This document shows positions 38,583-50,553 of a stretch of 64,000 bases of DNA, one piece after another; positions within the stretch are counted from its first letter, which is position 1, and each line of letters opens with the position of its first letter. The DNA is from Glycera tridactyla (lineage: Eukaryota): the NCBI GenBank assembly GCA_965644265.1, contig OZ286462.1, positions 25,296,001-25,360,000 of the forward strand, given 5' to 3'. Both the position numbers and the translations under genes were made by a program. The notes under the pieces are model-generated. The model was given only the letters and a program-made list of their open reading frames with translations. It was not told the origin of the DNA and ran no database searches.

Positions 38583-38850
38583 TCATCAGGTCGCGTCTCC
38601 CCGGACAATAATGGCAAGTCAGATGTTGTGGTGTTCCATGCACTACTTGATTTCAGCTGCAGATCTCAGTCCTGTGTCTCGCCTTAGTCGGTCAACGAAG
38701 GTGTATTGTTGTCCACCACATGGGGCTACCTCATGAGCCAGCTCCCATAGGATGAGGTTGCTGACTGCCAGTTTCTCATGTCGCATGCAGTGTCCAGCCA
38801 TTCCTAGCTGTTTAGGTGATCATCGAGCTTGATTTGAGATGGTCTGCATG
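38583..38850 (-). mobile_element. Decayed RTE-clade LINE 3' fragment
   Basis: Translation QLGMAGHCMRHEKLAVSNLILWE...TFVDRLRRDTGL...CME...IIVRGDAT** matches the RTE ORF C-terminal AGHC.RH...LILWEP...G...Y.D.L..DTG motif. Confidence 0.75.
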
Positions 38851-39767
38851 CTTATGATGCTGCCTCTACACTGGCGCCGTCTGACAGGGTATGTGGGATC
38901 ATTTTTTCCGCGTCATAGAAAGTTTAATGGAAAAAATGTATGTATGTCATGTCTCTATTTGTTACATCTTTTGATTAAAAACTTCAATTTTTTAAAAAAT
39001 TTGCTGATGATCACCTGGAATAACTGTTTCTTATTTCCACCCTGGAAATACCCATCTGTGCCATCTTCAATTTGGAGGAAAAGTGGTCAAAGTGGACAAA
39101 AAGATAGGTTTTAAGTAAATTTTTCTTCACAGTTTGTATTTGACCTTCTCATATCTGTTGAGAGGAATTAGATTTGCCTTGAAAATCTTTTTAATATGCA
39201 TTATTATCCTCACAGTGGAGGTTTGAAAATGGGTTCTTTGCCAGTTTTGTACACTTGCCTGAGCAGGATATTTCAGGTTCTCACAAAATGTGGAAATCAG
39301 CATGACTAAAACTGCAATAACTTGGAAACTATTGAACCGATTTTTAGAATCTCTTTTTTTTGTTAGATTTGTCACGATGTGACCCATAAGATGGCATAAA
39401 AAATTGAAAGCAATGATGAGATAAATAAATCGACCAAACTAACTACTCATACTGTGGCAGACTAGAATTTGCTGTTTTACCACGACTCATTGCCCTCTGT
39501 GCTCGAGGATGTTTTCATTTTGACATATCATCTGTTCACTGAGCGCGACTCGGTATCGCTGCAGTGTGCAGACATAAAATGATCATCATCATCAACTATG
39601 CAATTAAGACTTCCCATCGATCCAGGCAGTAACAAGATTCTCAAGTACAATCGGCTATGGGTAGATTTGCACTCAGGCACGTGCGATCCAGGCGGAGTGT
39701 AATCAGGCTCATGTGAACCTACTAAATGCAACAGATTCACTGAATTTCCAATGATCTTAGTGATATA

Positions 39768-39943
39768 CAGTTGAACCTGCTATAAAGGGCACCTGTATTA
39801 AGCAACCACCTGCCTTAAGCAACCACTCATGAAAGTCCCCCTAGAGTATTTCTCACTAAAATGAACCTGCATTAGACAACCACCTGTCTTAAGCAACCAC
39901 TTTTCACTGTCCCGAGGGTGGTTGCTGAATACAGGTTTGACTG
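39768..39943. mobile_element. Tc1/mariner-type MITE
   Basis: TA|CAGTTGAACCTG ... CAGGTTTGACTG|TA. Confidence 0.75.
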
Positions 39944-42602
39944 TAGTTAACAATGGTATACTCGATTCGTTTGGCCCAAATCCCTAGTCTTTGGCAAAAG
40001 ATAAAACATTGATTTCAGTCATGTTGAGCCAAACTGGCTGAAAGGAATATGTCTTCCACTTCGATGGTTGGTCACCCTCCTCGTCTGCTCATTGCATTCT
40101 CTTTGAGATCTCCGCTAGCGGAGATCTTTATGCAATCACCCCGCTGCTAGAAATGCCTTCTAACTTCGCCGATTCTGACGTTTGAAACCGTTTATCATCA
40201 ACGGATTTTCGGTCCAATCTGTGTGAAAGGCACCAATCATGTAATCTAACACAATTTTAACATGATTTATTGATCTGATGAACGACAATTTGAAGAAATG
40301 TAGTGATTGCGTAATAGGCATTTCTCCTTATACTCGTTTTTGTTGGCGATCACCGAAGTACACAGGTACGATCGCTCAGAGATGTATAGCTACGCACAAG
40401 TAGTAAATGCCTGATTTCTGATTGGCTGGCTTTACACACGCTATCTACAACTTCATTCATGAATCAGCGCATTGATCCATGAAACTTGGTAATGAGGTGC
40501 GAAGAAGAAGCACTACTTCACTCCCCTACAAACCATCATATCAACCAAAACACAGATTTTTCGAGATTTATACATGGAGATAAGACAAATGGATTTCGAG
40601 GAATCAAGAGAGAGACAAACAGACAGACAGACAGACAGATTTGGCAAAAGTAGTCCCGGCTCTGTCTGTGATGAAATGTGGCCATAATTGTACAAGACAA
40701 ATCCACAGGTGGCTCGCTCATGACTCGCTGCCCCATATTCCTGAAGGAGGGCTCGTCCATACCCCCATCCATCCGTCTTTTTCTCTGTCTGTGTCTGTTT
40801 TTTCCTCCCTCTCTCTCTTTCTCACTATTTCTCTCTCTCCCTCTCTCTCTATTCCGGAGATCTCTCGGCACCCCTGGGCTCTCTTGTTCATCATTAACCT
40901 GAGTTTGAAGCGCGATACTGGGGCTTTTTGGCCCCACAATCACACTGAGAAACGTCCCTGCTCGTTTGTGTGATTAGAGGCGTGTCTGAACTGTCAGCTC
41001 CTTCCACTTGACAACCTTTCAGCTTCCCCAATCATCTTGTGTTTGTGAGATTGATTTCTGCAGGGAAGATAGCATCTAGCATTCATTAACCAGGAACACG
41101 TGGCAACCGTAACCCCTGGGGTTGATACTTGCCGTTAAACCTCAAACAAACAAACAATCAAATCTTTGGCTAGAGACAAAACATTAATCTCATTCAAAAT
41201 AGCTAAGGAATATATGGCTTTGGCGCCAATAAAGCGATTCAAGTGTGGTCTTTCGGTGAAGATGACAAACGTGACTACTGCTTTTAGAGTCTATGCTTGC
41301 CTAGCGACAAGATGAGTGTTGTAGGATAGATTGTGTCTGACGTCGATGGCGGTTTTGATTGAACCTGGAAGGTTGTCAAGAGGAAGTAGCTGACAGTTCA
41401 GATACACCTCTATCTGCCCAAAACATAAACATAATAAACTCATTGAAGGCATATCTAACTGTAACTTGCTAGAACTTGACACTCAAGCCTGATAGCCATG
41501 CTCATTTTTTTTTTGCAAAGCAGAGAACTTGAAACAAGGAGAAGCATCAGGTTTAGAGAATACTCAACCAATGTCGATGGCGGTGGGGCGCATCGTGCAA
41601 CCTAGGATTTGAGTACAACCGCCCCTCTCAACTGTGATCACAGGCAGTGGGAAGACAGCATCTGTCCGTTAGTCGCCGTTTTGTCGATCCAGAACGCATG
41701 CACAGTCCAGTCTCCAGGCTGGAACCCTATCATTACTTCTCTGGGCAGATGCTCTACATGCGAGTGTGAAGCCCGAGTCGATCATAACCTATCATTCCGA
41801 CCACCAGAGAAAATCTGACGAGAATTGATCAAAATACGCAAGAGATACTTACACAGGCAAACTTTATACTTTGAAAGCCACAGTGATGCAGTACTATTTT
41901 ATCCTAGAGAGACCACCCCACATGGTTCAACAACAACAACAATAACAATGATAAAAACAACAACATTTAGATCAACAACAACAACAATGATGATGATGAT
42001 ATATCATGATTCACCACTGGAACCAGATTGTATCTCATTGCTTTCATTTTGAGTATAAATGATTTCGATATTTGGCATTTAAAACGGACATTTATCCACT
42101 ATATTTGATATTGTATACAGGTTGCGGTTTGCAGAAGGCGAAAGCCTGCATAGAATACGCACAAAACTGCGATAGGCTGAGGCATTCCACGTTGACCAAG
42201 TCATTTCCTGGATTTGATGGCACGATTTTATTAGCTTCAAATACTCAGAGCGCATACCAATTAGGATTGGGCACATTGCGTGGGGCGATAATGGACTGCA
42301 ACATTGGCAACAAATTGAATGCAGCCCCATAAATGGCATATTGTTCTGGTAGAGATTGCACACAAATGGCCAAGGCTCTCTGATTAGTGTGAAGGAAAAT
42401 AAGTCATCAGACCATGATGAAGTTTTATAGCGTGTAGATCACGAGGAATCCCCAGGGCATCGAAAGAAATCAAAGTCAATGCTGCCCTTCAATTGCTTGT
42501 TCGTTTGACTGTTCGAGTTTTCTCTAAACCTAATGATCTCCCTTGTTTCATGTACGGCACTTCGCTAAAAAGAAAGTATCGCTATCAAGCTTTCTGTGTC
42601 AG

Positions 42603-42760
42603 CTTCCACTCAGTTACATAGTCAGATGGCAAGCTTGAGTGTCAACTTCCACTCAGTTACATAGTCAGATGGCAAGCTTGAGTGTCAGCTTCCACTCAGT
42701 TACATAGTCAGATGGCAAGCTTGAGTGTCAGCTTCCACTCAGTTAAATAGTCAGATATGC
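42603..42760 (+). repeat. 43-bp tandem repeat (3 full + 1 partial copy) inside a family A SINE-like copy
   Basis: CTTCCACTCAGTTACATAGTCAGATGGCAAGCTTGAGTGTCAG at 42603, 42646, 42689 and 42732. Confidence 0.95.
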
Positions 42761-45432
42761 CATCATTAGGTCTACTATGGATAGGTAGCTGAACAGTCAG
42801 CCGTTTCATCTAGACAACCTTTCAGTATCCCTGTCATCCTGTGTTCAGGGTTTGCGAGAGGGATGCTTGCAGGGTGGCGTATATAGCGCTTTCATTGACC
42901 GGGAACTTGGAGCAAACATAATCATGAGTTGACACATGCCATTGAACTTCGAAACAAACAAACAAACCATGGGTCGTTTCCGGTAACACTATTAGGTCCT
43001 GGTGGGCTATATCGATACGCTCTCCCTATCATGAGCTAGCAATGTAGTCACAATATGGTACATTGCATGCACTATCCAATAGGATGGCAGATCATCTTTC
43101 TTCAACTAGTCTTAGAAGAGTCACAGTAGTGTATAATTGTGCATGAAAGAGCACAATACCCCCGAGTTTCGGAAAAGAGTGGTATCACCATGGCAACATA
43201 TAGAATGCAACAGAAGGACTGTTATGAGCCATAGGCTATTATCACCATCCCAAGGGGGAAAGAAGAACCCAGGAACTATGTGGCCCACGCTCTCGCCAGG
43301 GAATAGGGATCGTCGTGATCGGCCTACTTTAGGGCATTGAGGCCGTCTCTACCTGTACTTTTTTCACTCGGCAGTCAAATGGGGTCCATTAAGTCCCGTG
43401 CACTCATCACAGTCCTCGTATTGGATGCAAAAAAAACATTAACATTGCAATAAACGGAAGATATGCCTCCCAGTTACTAATACCACTTCGGCATATTCTG
43501 AGCTACCACTTCGCGGGTCTCGAACTAGGCAAATTCAAACAGAGNNNNNNNNNNNNNNNNNNNNNNNNNNNNNNNNNNNNNNNNNNNNNNNNNNNNNNNN
43601 NNNNNNNNNNNNNNNNNNNNNNNNNNNNNNNNNNNNNNNNNNNNNNNNNNNNNNNNNNNNNNNNNNNNNNNNNNNNNNNNNNNNNNNNNNNNNNNNNNNN
43701 NNNNNNATCTGCTTGTCCGTCTGTCAATCCGTCCACCCATCTGCTTTTCCATGAGTCCATCTGCCAATCCGTCCATCCATCTGCCCGTCCACCGACGTGC
43801 CTTCCTGCTCATCCGTTCCTTCGCCCATCCATCCACCTATCAACCTGTCTGTCTGTCCGTCTGTCTGTCTATCAATCTGTCCAGATGTAAAAGACTGAAG
43901 TTTGAACACCGTACACGGAAGTGACGTTGGCATGATTCATGATCAAAACGCGTGAAGCACGCCAGCTAGCCACTTTATTGTTCAAACTTTCAGCGTCAAC
44001 ATCTTATGCTGATTAAAACCAGGTACCTCTTCGGAGAGTACATTTTATATGCACCAAATACATTAACCCCTCAACATCTGCATTCGCGCCCGCTTCCCAT
44101 CCCGATGGCTGATTCAGAGTTCTAACAGAAATAAGTAAAAGTGCGCATTTGCTCAGATGGAGCAGCGAAATATTTAGAATAATAATCATATTATGACAAC
44201 TTCGGTTTGAAGGTGTGAACAGTGCATTAGCTAGGCTGTTGAACATACTAAGATGTGGGGTAGTGGAGGTTATCTGAGCGTATTATAGTCTGTGAGCACG
44301 AGAGCTGGTGCTTGGTTGACTGGGATCGAATTAGCTGCGGAGATTTGTCTGCCGGCATGATCACATATAGGTGTATTAAAGGCCCGGCGTCATGCATAGC
44401 ACTCGTATTCACTTACAAACAGTGTGATAGAGGTGTGGGTAATCATCATTCTGTGCTGAGATTGATAAGATCAAGCTGTACACAGGAGGGAAAAGATCCC
44501 CTCAGGGGAGAGCCATTCTCTTTTAATATGTGAGACGATCCAGTGAATGGTTGACGGACATGTAGATTAGATAGTCAGATATCTAGTTGGTGAGTTAAAT
44601 AGATAGGGTGATTGAATGAATAGGGCTTAACGTCTTTACGATAGCGTGGTGTCATATCAGCTTACGTTTGGGGTTTGCAAGAAGGATGTCAAGAACATGC
44701 ACGTGGCACACATGGTCATTTGGCTTGACACTACTGTTAAACCTCAACCAACACACCAACCAATCAACCAACCAACCAGCAAACCAATGCATGCACGCAT
44801 TCTCACAGGTATACAGGCCCAGATGCACCCATACATAATCCCACACTCATAAAACATAGTCAGAGGCACACACTTTTTTTATTAGTTTCATGTCAGTGAC
44901 ATGGTGCACGGGCAACAGGTCCATGAAATGTGTCAAATGCCCAAGCCAAATCTTTTTGGTTCATACGGGGTTTGAACCCCCCCCCCCCCCCCACACACAC
45001 ACACCATCATGGAAGTCGATTGTGGTGTAAAAGTCTGAGTATGCACAGGTGTCCAATAAAGCCTCGCGACTGACCGACTCGCCCCTGATTCACCCGCCCA
45101 ACCTATGACACTGCCGACAGTGGGTAGTCCTGCTTCTTGATATAATCAATAAAGTGGACACACCACTGCATCCGATGCTGTTTTCAAACCATCGGCTAAA
45201 CAGAAGTTAAAGGCTACCAACTTATTCCCGGGGTTTTGGTTTATCTATGAAAGCCAACGTAGCTAGGAGAGGGTGAGTCGAATCACAAAAGCAGCTTTGA
45301 CGGGGTTTTACGCACATTTCATGTTCACCAAGAGAGCACGTGACCTCAAGATGCGCCATCAATGGAACCGAAGAGCGATCACAAAAGACGGCATTCAGCA
45401 TGGACGTTAACCGGTACCCATTCGTAGCCCAG

Positions 45433-45555
45433 ATACTTCACAATATAACCACCAGATGGCGGCCCATATACTTCACAATATAACCACCAGATGGCGGCCC
45501 ATATACTTCACAATATAACCACCAGATGACGGACCAGATACTCCATAATATAACC
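45433..45555 (+). repeat. 35-bp minisatellite (about 3.5 copies) containing a CTCF-like motif
   Basis: ATACTTCACAATATAACCACCAGATGGCGGCCCAT at 45433, 45468, 45503 and 45538 (partial). Confidence 0.9.
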
Positions 45556-46006
45556 AATGTGTTACCAACCAGACACTGGCCATCTTCTCCGAGATGAAAT
45601 GGGTCACGTCCATGTCCATGGCAATCTATGTGAAATGAAGTACAGCCAAGGCTAATTCGCGGGGAGATTTCAAAGCTAGCACGCAAATCTGTTGACTCGC
45701 GATTTCCGAACTTGCGCAATATCTCTAAAATAAAAATCATAATCCCATGGTCATGTTCAAAGATTAAATATAGATTCACATAGGGAAACGAGGATGTTTC
45801 TCTCGCCTTTACTAATTTCTCCTTCCATTTCCCCTTGCTCATCATCTAATCCTGTCACCGAAGGTCCTGTAACCTTTGACACTCATTGTGAATATATGTA
45901 GCTCCATTTAGAATTCCTGTCAAGTGATAATCATGATTGAAATATTGTCCGTCAGTATCAATTCTCGCCTATTCCCAATCAATATTCAGATGCTATGATG
46001 TATATA

Positions 46007-46150
46007 CAGTCGAACCTGTCTATAAAGACCGCCTTCGGTCGCATCAAACAGTGGTTTTTATAGGCAGGTGGTCTTTATAGAGACAATACTACCACGGTCG
46101 CAGCTGAGGTGGTCTTTATAGAGAGGTGGTCTTTAGAGCAGGTTCGACTG
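46007..46150. mobile_element. Tc1/mariner-type MITE
   Basis: TA|CAGTCGAACCTG ... CAGGTTCGACTG|TA: perfect 12-bp TIR; body related to 2375-2535. Confidence 0.85.
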
Positions 46151-46886
46151 TATCTCAATAGATGTGTTAACGTAATTCTAACTCCCTGGAAAGTTGACTT
46201 TTGTTGTTGTGAATATTTCGTTCCCAAAGCTATCCGACCTCATAATGGTCATACGCGGCAAATAGCTCGGGTAGCTGTCAGGTATGAACACACAAGAAAA
46301 CGAATATCATCTGAAGCGGTCTTTCAGGATATTGTGTGAATTCCAAGTTAGTCCTGTCACAGATAGACGTACGATCACAGAACAAATGTAGAACTTAAGG
46401 AAATAACGGATAGGATTTTATTCAAATCTGATTTTCACATTCTGTTTCGGGAGCAATCTAATACAAACAAGTTTTCGAAACGACGCTGAAAAGTAGTTTC
46501 TGAACCTGCGTCATCTTTTTTTCAATTATTGATTCTACCACACTTCATTCATTTCTTTGACAGAATCTTGTCGAATCGTAAACCAGTGATCCAGAGAACA
46601 CCAAATTAGGTTTGATGGCAGTCGGTCAATGTAGGCAATGAAACCATTTCCATTTATTTGATTATAGCGGAGTGCCATACTTCCGGCTCGCTGAGCAAGC
46701 AAGTGGAGGGATAACCTGGTACACGACAACGACGCTAGGTGGAGTTAAGTTGCACCACTCAACTCCACCTAGCGTCGTTGGCGGGTACTAGGCTAGTGAA
46801 GGGCACGGTGCCTCGAACGCGTCTAAGGGCGACCTGCCTTAGCGAAGAGTGTATCACCACTCTGCACGGATTATTTTACTTTCTCG

Positions 46887-46888
<2 letters not shown>

Positions 46889-46951
<63 letters not shown>

Positions 46952-46975
46952 ATTTGATTTGATTTGATTTGATTT
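46889..46975. repeat. (GT)n followed by (TTTGA)n microsatellite
   Basis: Direct reading. Confidence 0.95.
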
Positions 46976-49900
46976 GCTCCTTTTTATGCTTCTGTCTGTC
47001 TGCCTTTCTGTCTGTTGACTGTCTGTCTGTCTGTCTCACAGTCCGCACGTCTGTATGTTCGTATGTCTATCTGACAAAATGTATATCTGTCTATCAATAT
47101 CCATCCATCCATCCATCCATGAACCCACCAACCACCCACTCATCCTTCCACCCATCCATACATCCATCCCTCCACCTTTCAATCCATCCATCCATCCATC
47201 TATCCATCCATCCTTTCTTTCTTCCTTCCTTTCTTCCTTCAATGCATCCATGCATCCATCCATGCATGCACCCATGCATGCATGCATNNNNNNNNNNNNN
47301 NNNNNNNNNNNNNNNNNNNNNNNNNNNNNNNNNNNNNNNNNNNNNNNNNNNNNNNNNNNNNNNNNNNNNNNNNNNNNNNNNNNNNNNNNNNNNNNNNNNN
47401 NNNNNNNNNNNNNNNNNNNNNNNNNNNNNNNNNNNNNNNNNNNNNNNNNNNNNNNNNNNNNNNNNNNNNNNNNNNNNNNNNNNNNNNNNNNNNNNNNNNN
47501 NNNNNNNNNNNNNNNNNNNNNNNNNNNNNNNNNNNNNNNNNNNNNNNNNNNNNNNNNNNNNNNNNNNNNNNNNNNNNNNNNNNNNNNNNNNNNNNNNNNN
47601 NNNNNNNNNNNNNNNNNNNNNNNNNNNNNNNNNNNNNNNNNNNNNNNNNNNNNNNNNNNNNNNNNNNNNNNNNNNNNNNNNNNNNNNNNNNNNNNNNNNN
47701 NNNNNNNNNNNNNNNNNNNNNNNNNNNNNNNNNNNNNNNNNNNNNNNNNNNNNNNNNNNNNNNNNNNNNNNNNNNNNNNNNNNNNNNNNNNNNNNNNNNN
47801 NNNNNNNNNNNNNNNNNNNNNNNNNNNNNNNNNNTCGAGATTTCTCTGAAGCACAACTCAGTATAGTCATGAAAACTGAATTAATTTGAACCGAGGAAGA
47901 TTGTATGGCTTGTTAACCTCACTACTTCTATTCCCATTTTTTTCCACTGTTTCAAATATCCATGATTTATAGATGATAAATCAATTAATTGGTATATTCC
48001 ATGTGAAAGTCGGACAAAATCGGTTATTCATATCCTTAACATTCTCACATACACACACTCTGTCATTCCACAAAGTTTACATTCCATCGATTTCATCGAT
48101 TTTCAAGTATTCTAACTTCATATCATAAGTTAAATACTTGATTGTTTGTCCAGTTCCCAACAGGATGCATAGTTGCTCCTAACCGGGTACAACTAGAAAT
48201 TGAGATTTTGAGTGCTAAACAGAGTAACCGTTCGGCAAAGAAAGTAAGCTTTGCTTTGTCTTCAAGTAAGGTAGTCAACATTGCCAGCCACCCCAAAGCC
48301 ATGGCTGCTATTCGCCATTGTCTCAGGGCTTGCGAAAGCATGTCAACCGCCAAGCTGAAGAGGTTCTCAGGATGACACTCTGAATTAGCCTGACATATGC
48401 TATTAGCATGGAAAGTATGTACTACGTTAAATAGTGGTCACACATGATGGAAGTATCGGAGTCCAAACCCAAAAAACATATTGATTCAATTAATTTTACA
48501 CTAGCGTGTTTCGAGGTTTCACTTCTAAAAATAAATTACAAATCGGTCAAGAAAAAGAAATCTGGTGATAGTGCAATTTTGGTAGAAAATACCTAAAGAT
48601 AGAAGATAAAAAAAATTGAATTCATGTTTTCATCCAACCCCCCCATTCCAAAAGATATTGAGAAGAAGAGAAGGGATGATGCTACACCTAGGCCACATCA
48701 TCCCCGATGGCAACCCTTCAGAGTAAAAGTTCCGCGCCCAATAGATGGCAGCCACCAATGGGCTCACGCATTGCTAGCGTCTATAAAAATCTTGAGATGA
48801 CATCGATGGTATTCTACAGAGTTCAGCAGTCTTAATGGGACCCCAACCTATCAGATATGCCAATTTGACACGAGAACAGGGGCCTTTTCCCCAAGGTCTC
48901 CCGCGGGACCGATAATATCAACGGATCTCACACATAAATACAATGAAGGGAGAGCAGATACTCTTCAAATGCATGTGCAGACGTTTCCGTATCAGACCTG
49001 GCCTATTTTTAGAAAAAAAAGACACATTCACCTCATACATGTATGTCCCTCAGGATGATCCAGTCCGAGTCCAAGTCCCATATATTTCACATCAATATCA
49101 ATGCCAATAAACCCACATTGCCAGATTCCTATCATATCAAAATACGATGTTGCAAATATGAAGGGATTCGATGAGGCGATTGGCACTAGTATGGGAACTA
49201 CACTAATAGTCACAGACTACATAAGTGGTCTGGGCCCCCCAGTATTGAGCTCAAAACACGGAAAGAGACACTAGCTACACACTACCAGGGCTGGGTGATG
49301 GTGTGAGCACCTATCTGCGATCTGAAAACAAATGGTCCTAGGTTAGCAGCTACACCAATACCTCTCCACGGTATAAACATGCAAGCACATGAGAGGAAGT
49401 TCAATATCAAATCACAGGCAGAGGGTTGCGCCTTGCCAAGATCAGACCTGTCACCCATAAATAGCTAACAGCAGCACTGGGAAGATCAGAATCTTCAGGC
49501 TCTGACAGTGGTATTGGACTGAGATCAGTCAAATCAGTCAACCAAACCAAACAAACCAAACTAGTGATATCGCGTAACCAGGGCATGTTCATCTAGCGCT
49601 ACCAGTGGTATGTCAAAGGCTAACTATGGGCTTAGGTCTTTATTCTGCATACACACGAAGAGTTCTCCCTGTAACCTGGCAGAGATAAGAGGCAGTTCCG
49701 TAGCAGGAGCGGTCTTTTCTTCAGCCAATGGGATTTTTTCACAGAGTGAAGGTATATTCATACAATACACCAGTAAAATATTCCTTATAGATCAAGTACT
49801 GTCCAGACAATATAGTCTTGGAGTTATCCTATTCCTTCAGTGTCGTATAATTCAGCCTTGTTTGAAGACACACCGAGCATCACTCGATCAGTCAACAAAA

Positions 49901-50069
49901 ATCGAGTTTGATACGCACGCGAAGTTTGATAATCACATGAAAGCCAGTCGTACCTTCAAAATATCAGATAGAAAGAGTTTGTTTGTTTATTTGAGGTTTG
50001 ACGACATCCATCTACTTGAAGGAGCATGTATGCCACGTGTTCTCGTTCCATGAAAGCCGGATGCCCTCT

Positions 50070-50553
50070 CTCAAGTCATCAGAGCAGTGTGCAGGCATCC
50101 CTACAAGTGCATCATATTCTTTCAAATTGGCACTAGCTTTCATGATAGAATAATTGCATGGCCAACAACCCGCCTGAAACCGTTGCCATGGTAATCGAAA
50201 CAGAAAAATACTCCAGTTTCAGGCTGTTTTGATCCAGCGCAAGACCAATAGTCATTACAGAGAATCATATTTGGTACCAAGCAAATATTGATATCATATC
50301 GGAATTGGATAGTGCAATGATAGTCCTGCGCTAGACCCCAATAACCGAAATCAGTTTAAATTTCTCATTTCATTGCCATGACAACGGGAGTAACCAACCC
50401 AATTTGGTATTGTGGACTTGAAGACACAGGTGACCTTCAAGATGATATATGATATCATATATTTCATTTGGAGCTCCGGGATACAAATCAAGGTTTAACC
50501 AACCATATGCAGACATTCACAGGAAAAGGTCAAAACTGCATTAATCACTTGAG
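50070..50553. mobile_element. Second copy of the X-box-carrying TIR element
   Basis: Right end AAAACTGCATTAATCACTTGAG as in the 22262-23017 element; degenerate left end CTCAAGTCATCAGAGCAGTGT; internal GTTGCCATGGTAAT (50182) and ATTGCCATGACAAC (50372). Confidence 0.6.

Noticed and set aside
46969-47889. Long ORFs of 130-306 aa here and at the other N runs
   Set aside because: Artefacts of N gaps and microsatellites translated without stops.
48123-48375. 76-aa hydrophobic minus-strand ORF as a terminal exon
   Set aside because: No recognisable family and no upstream exons found.
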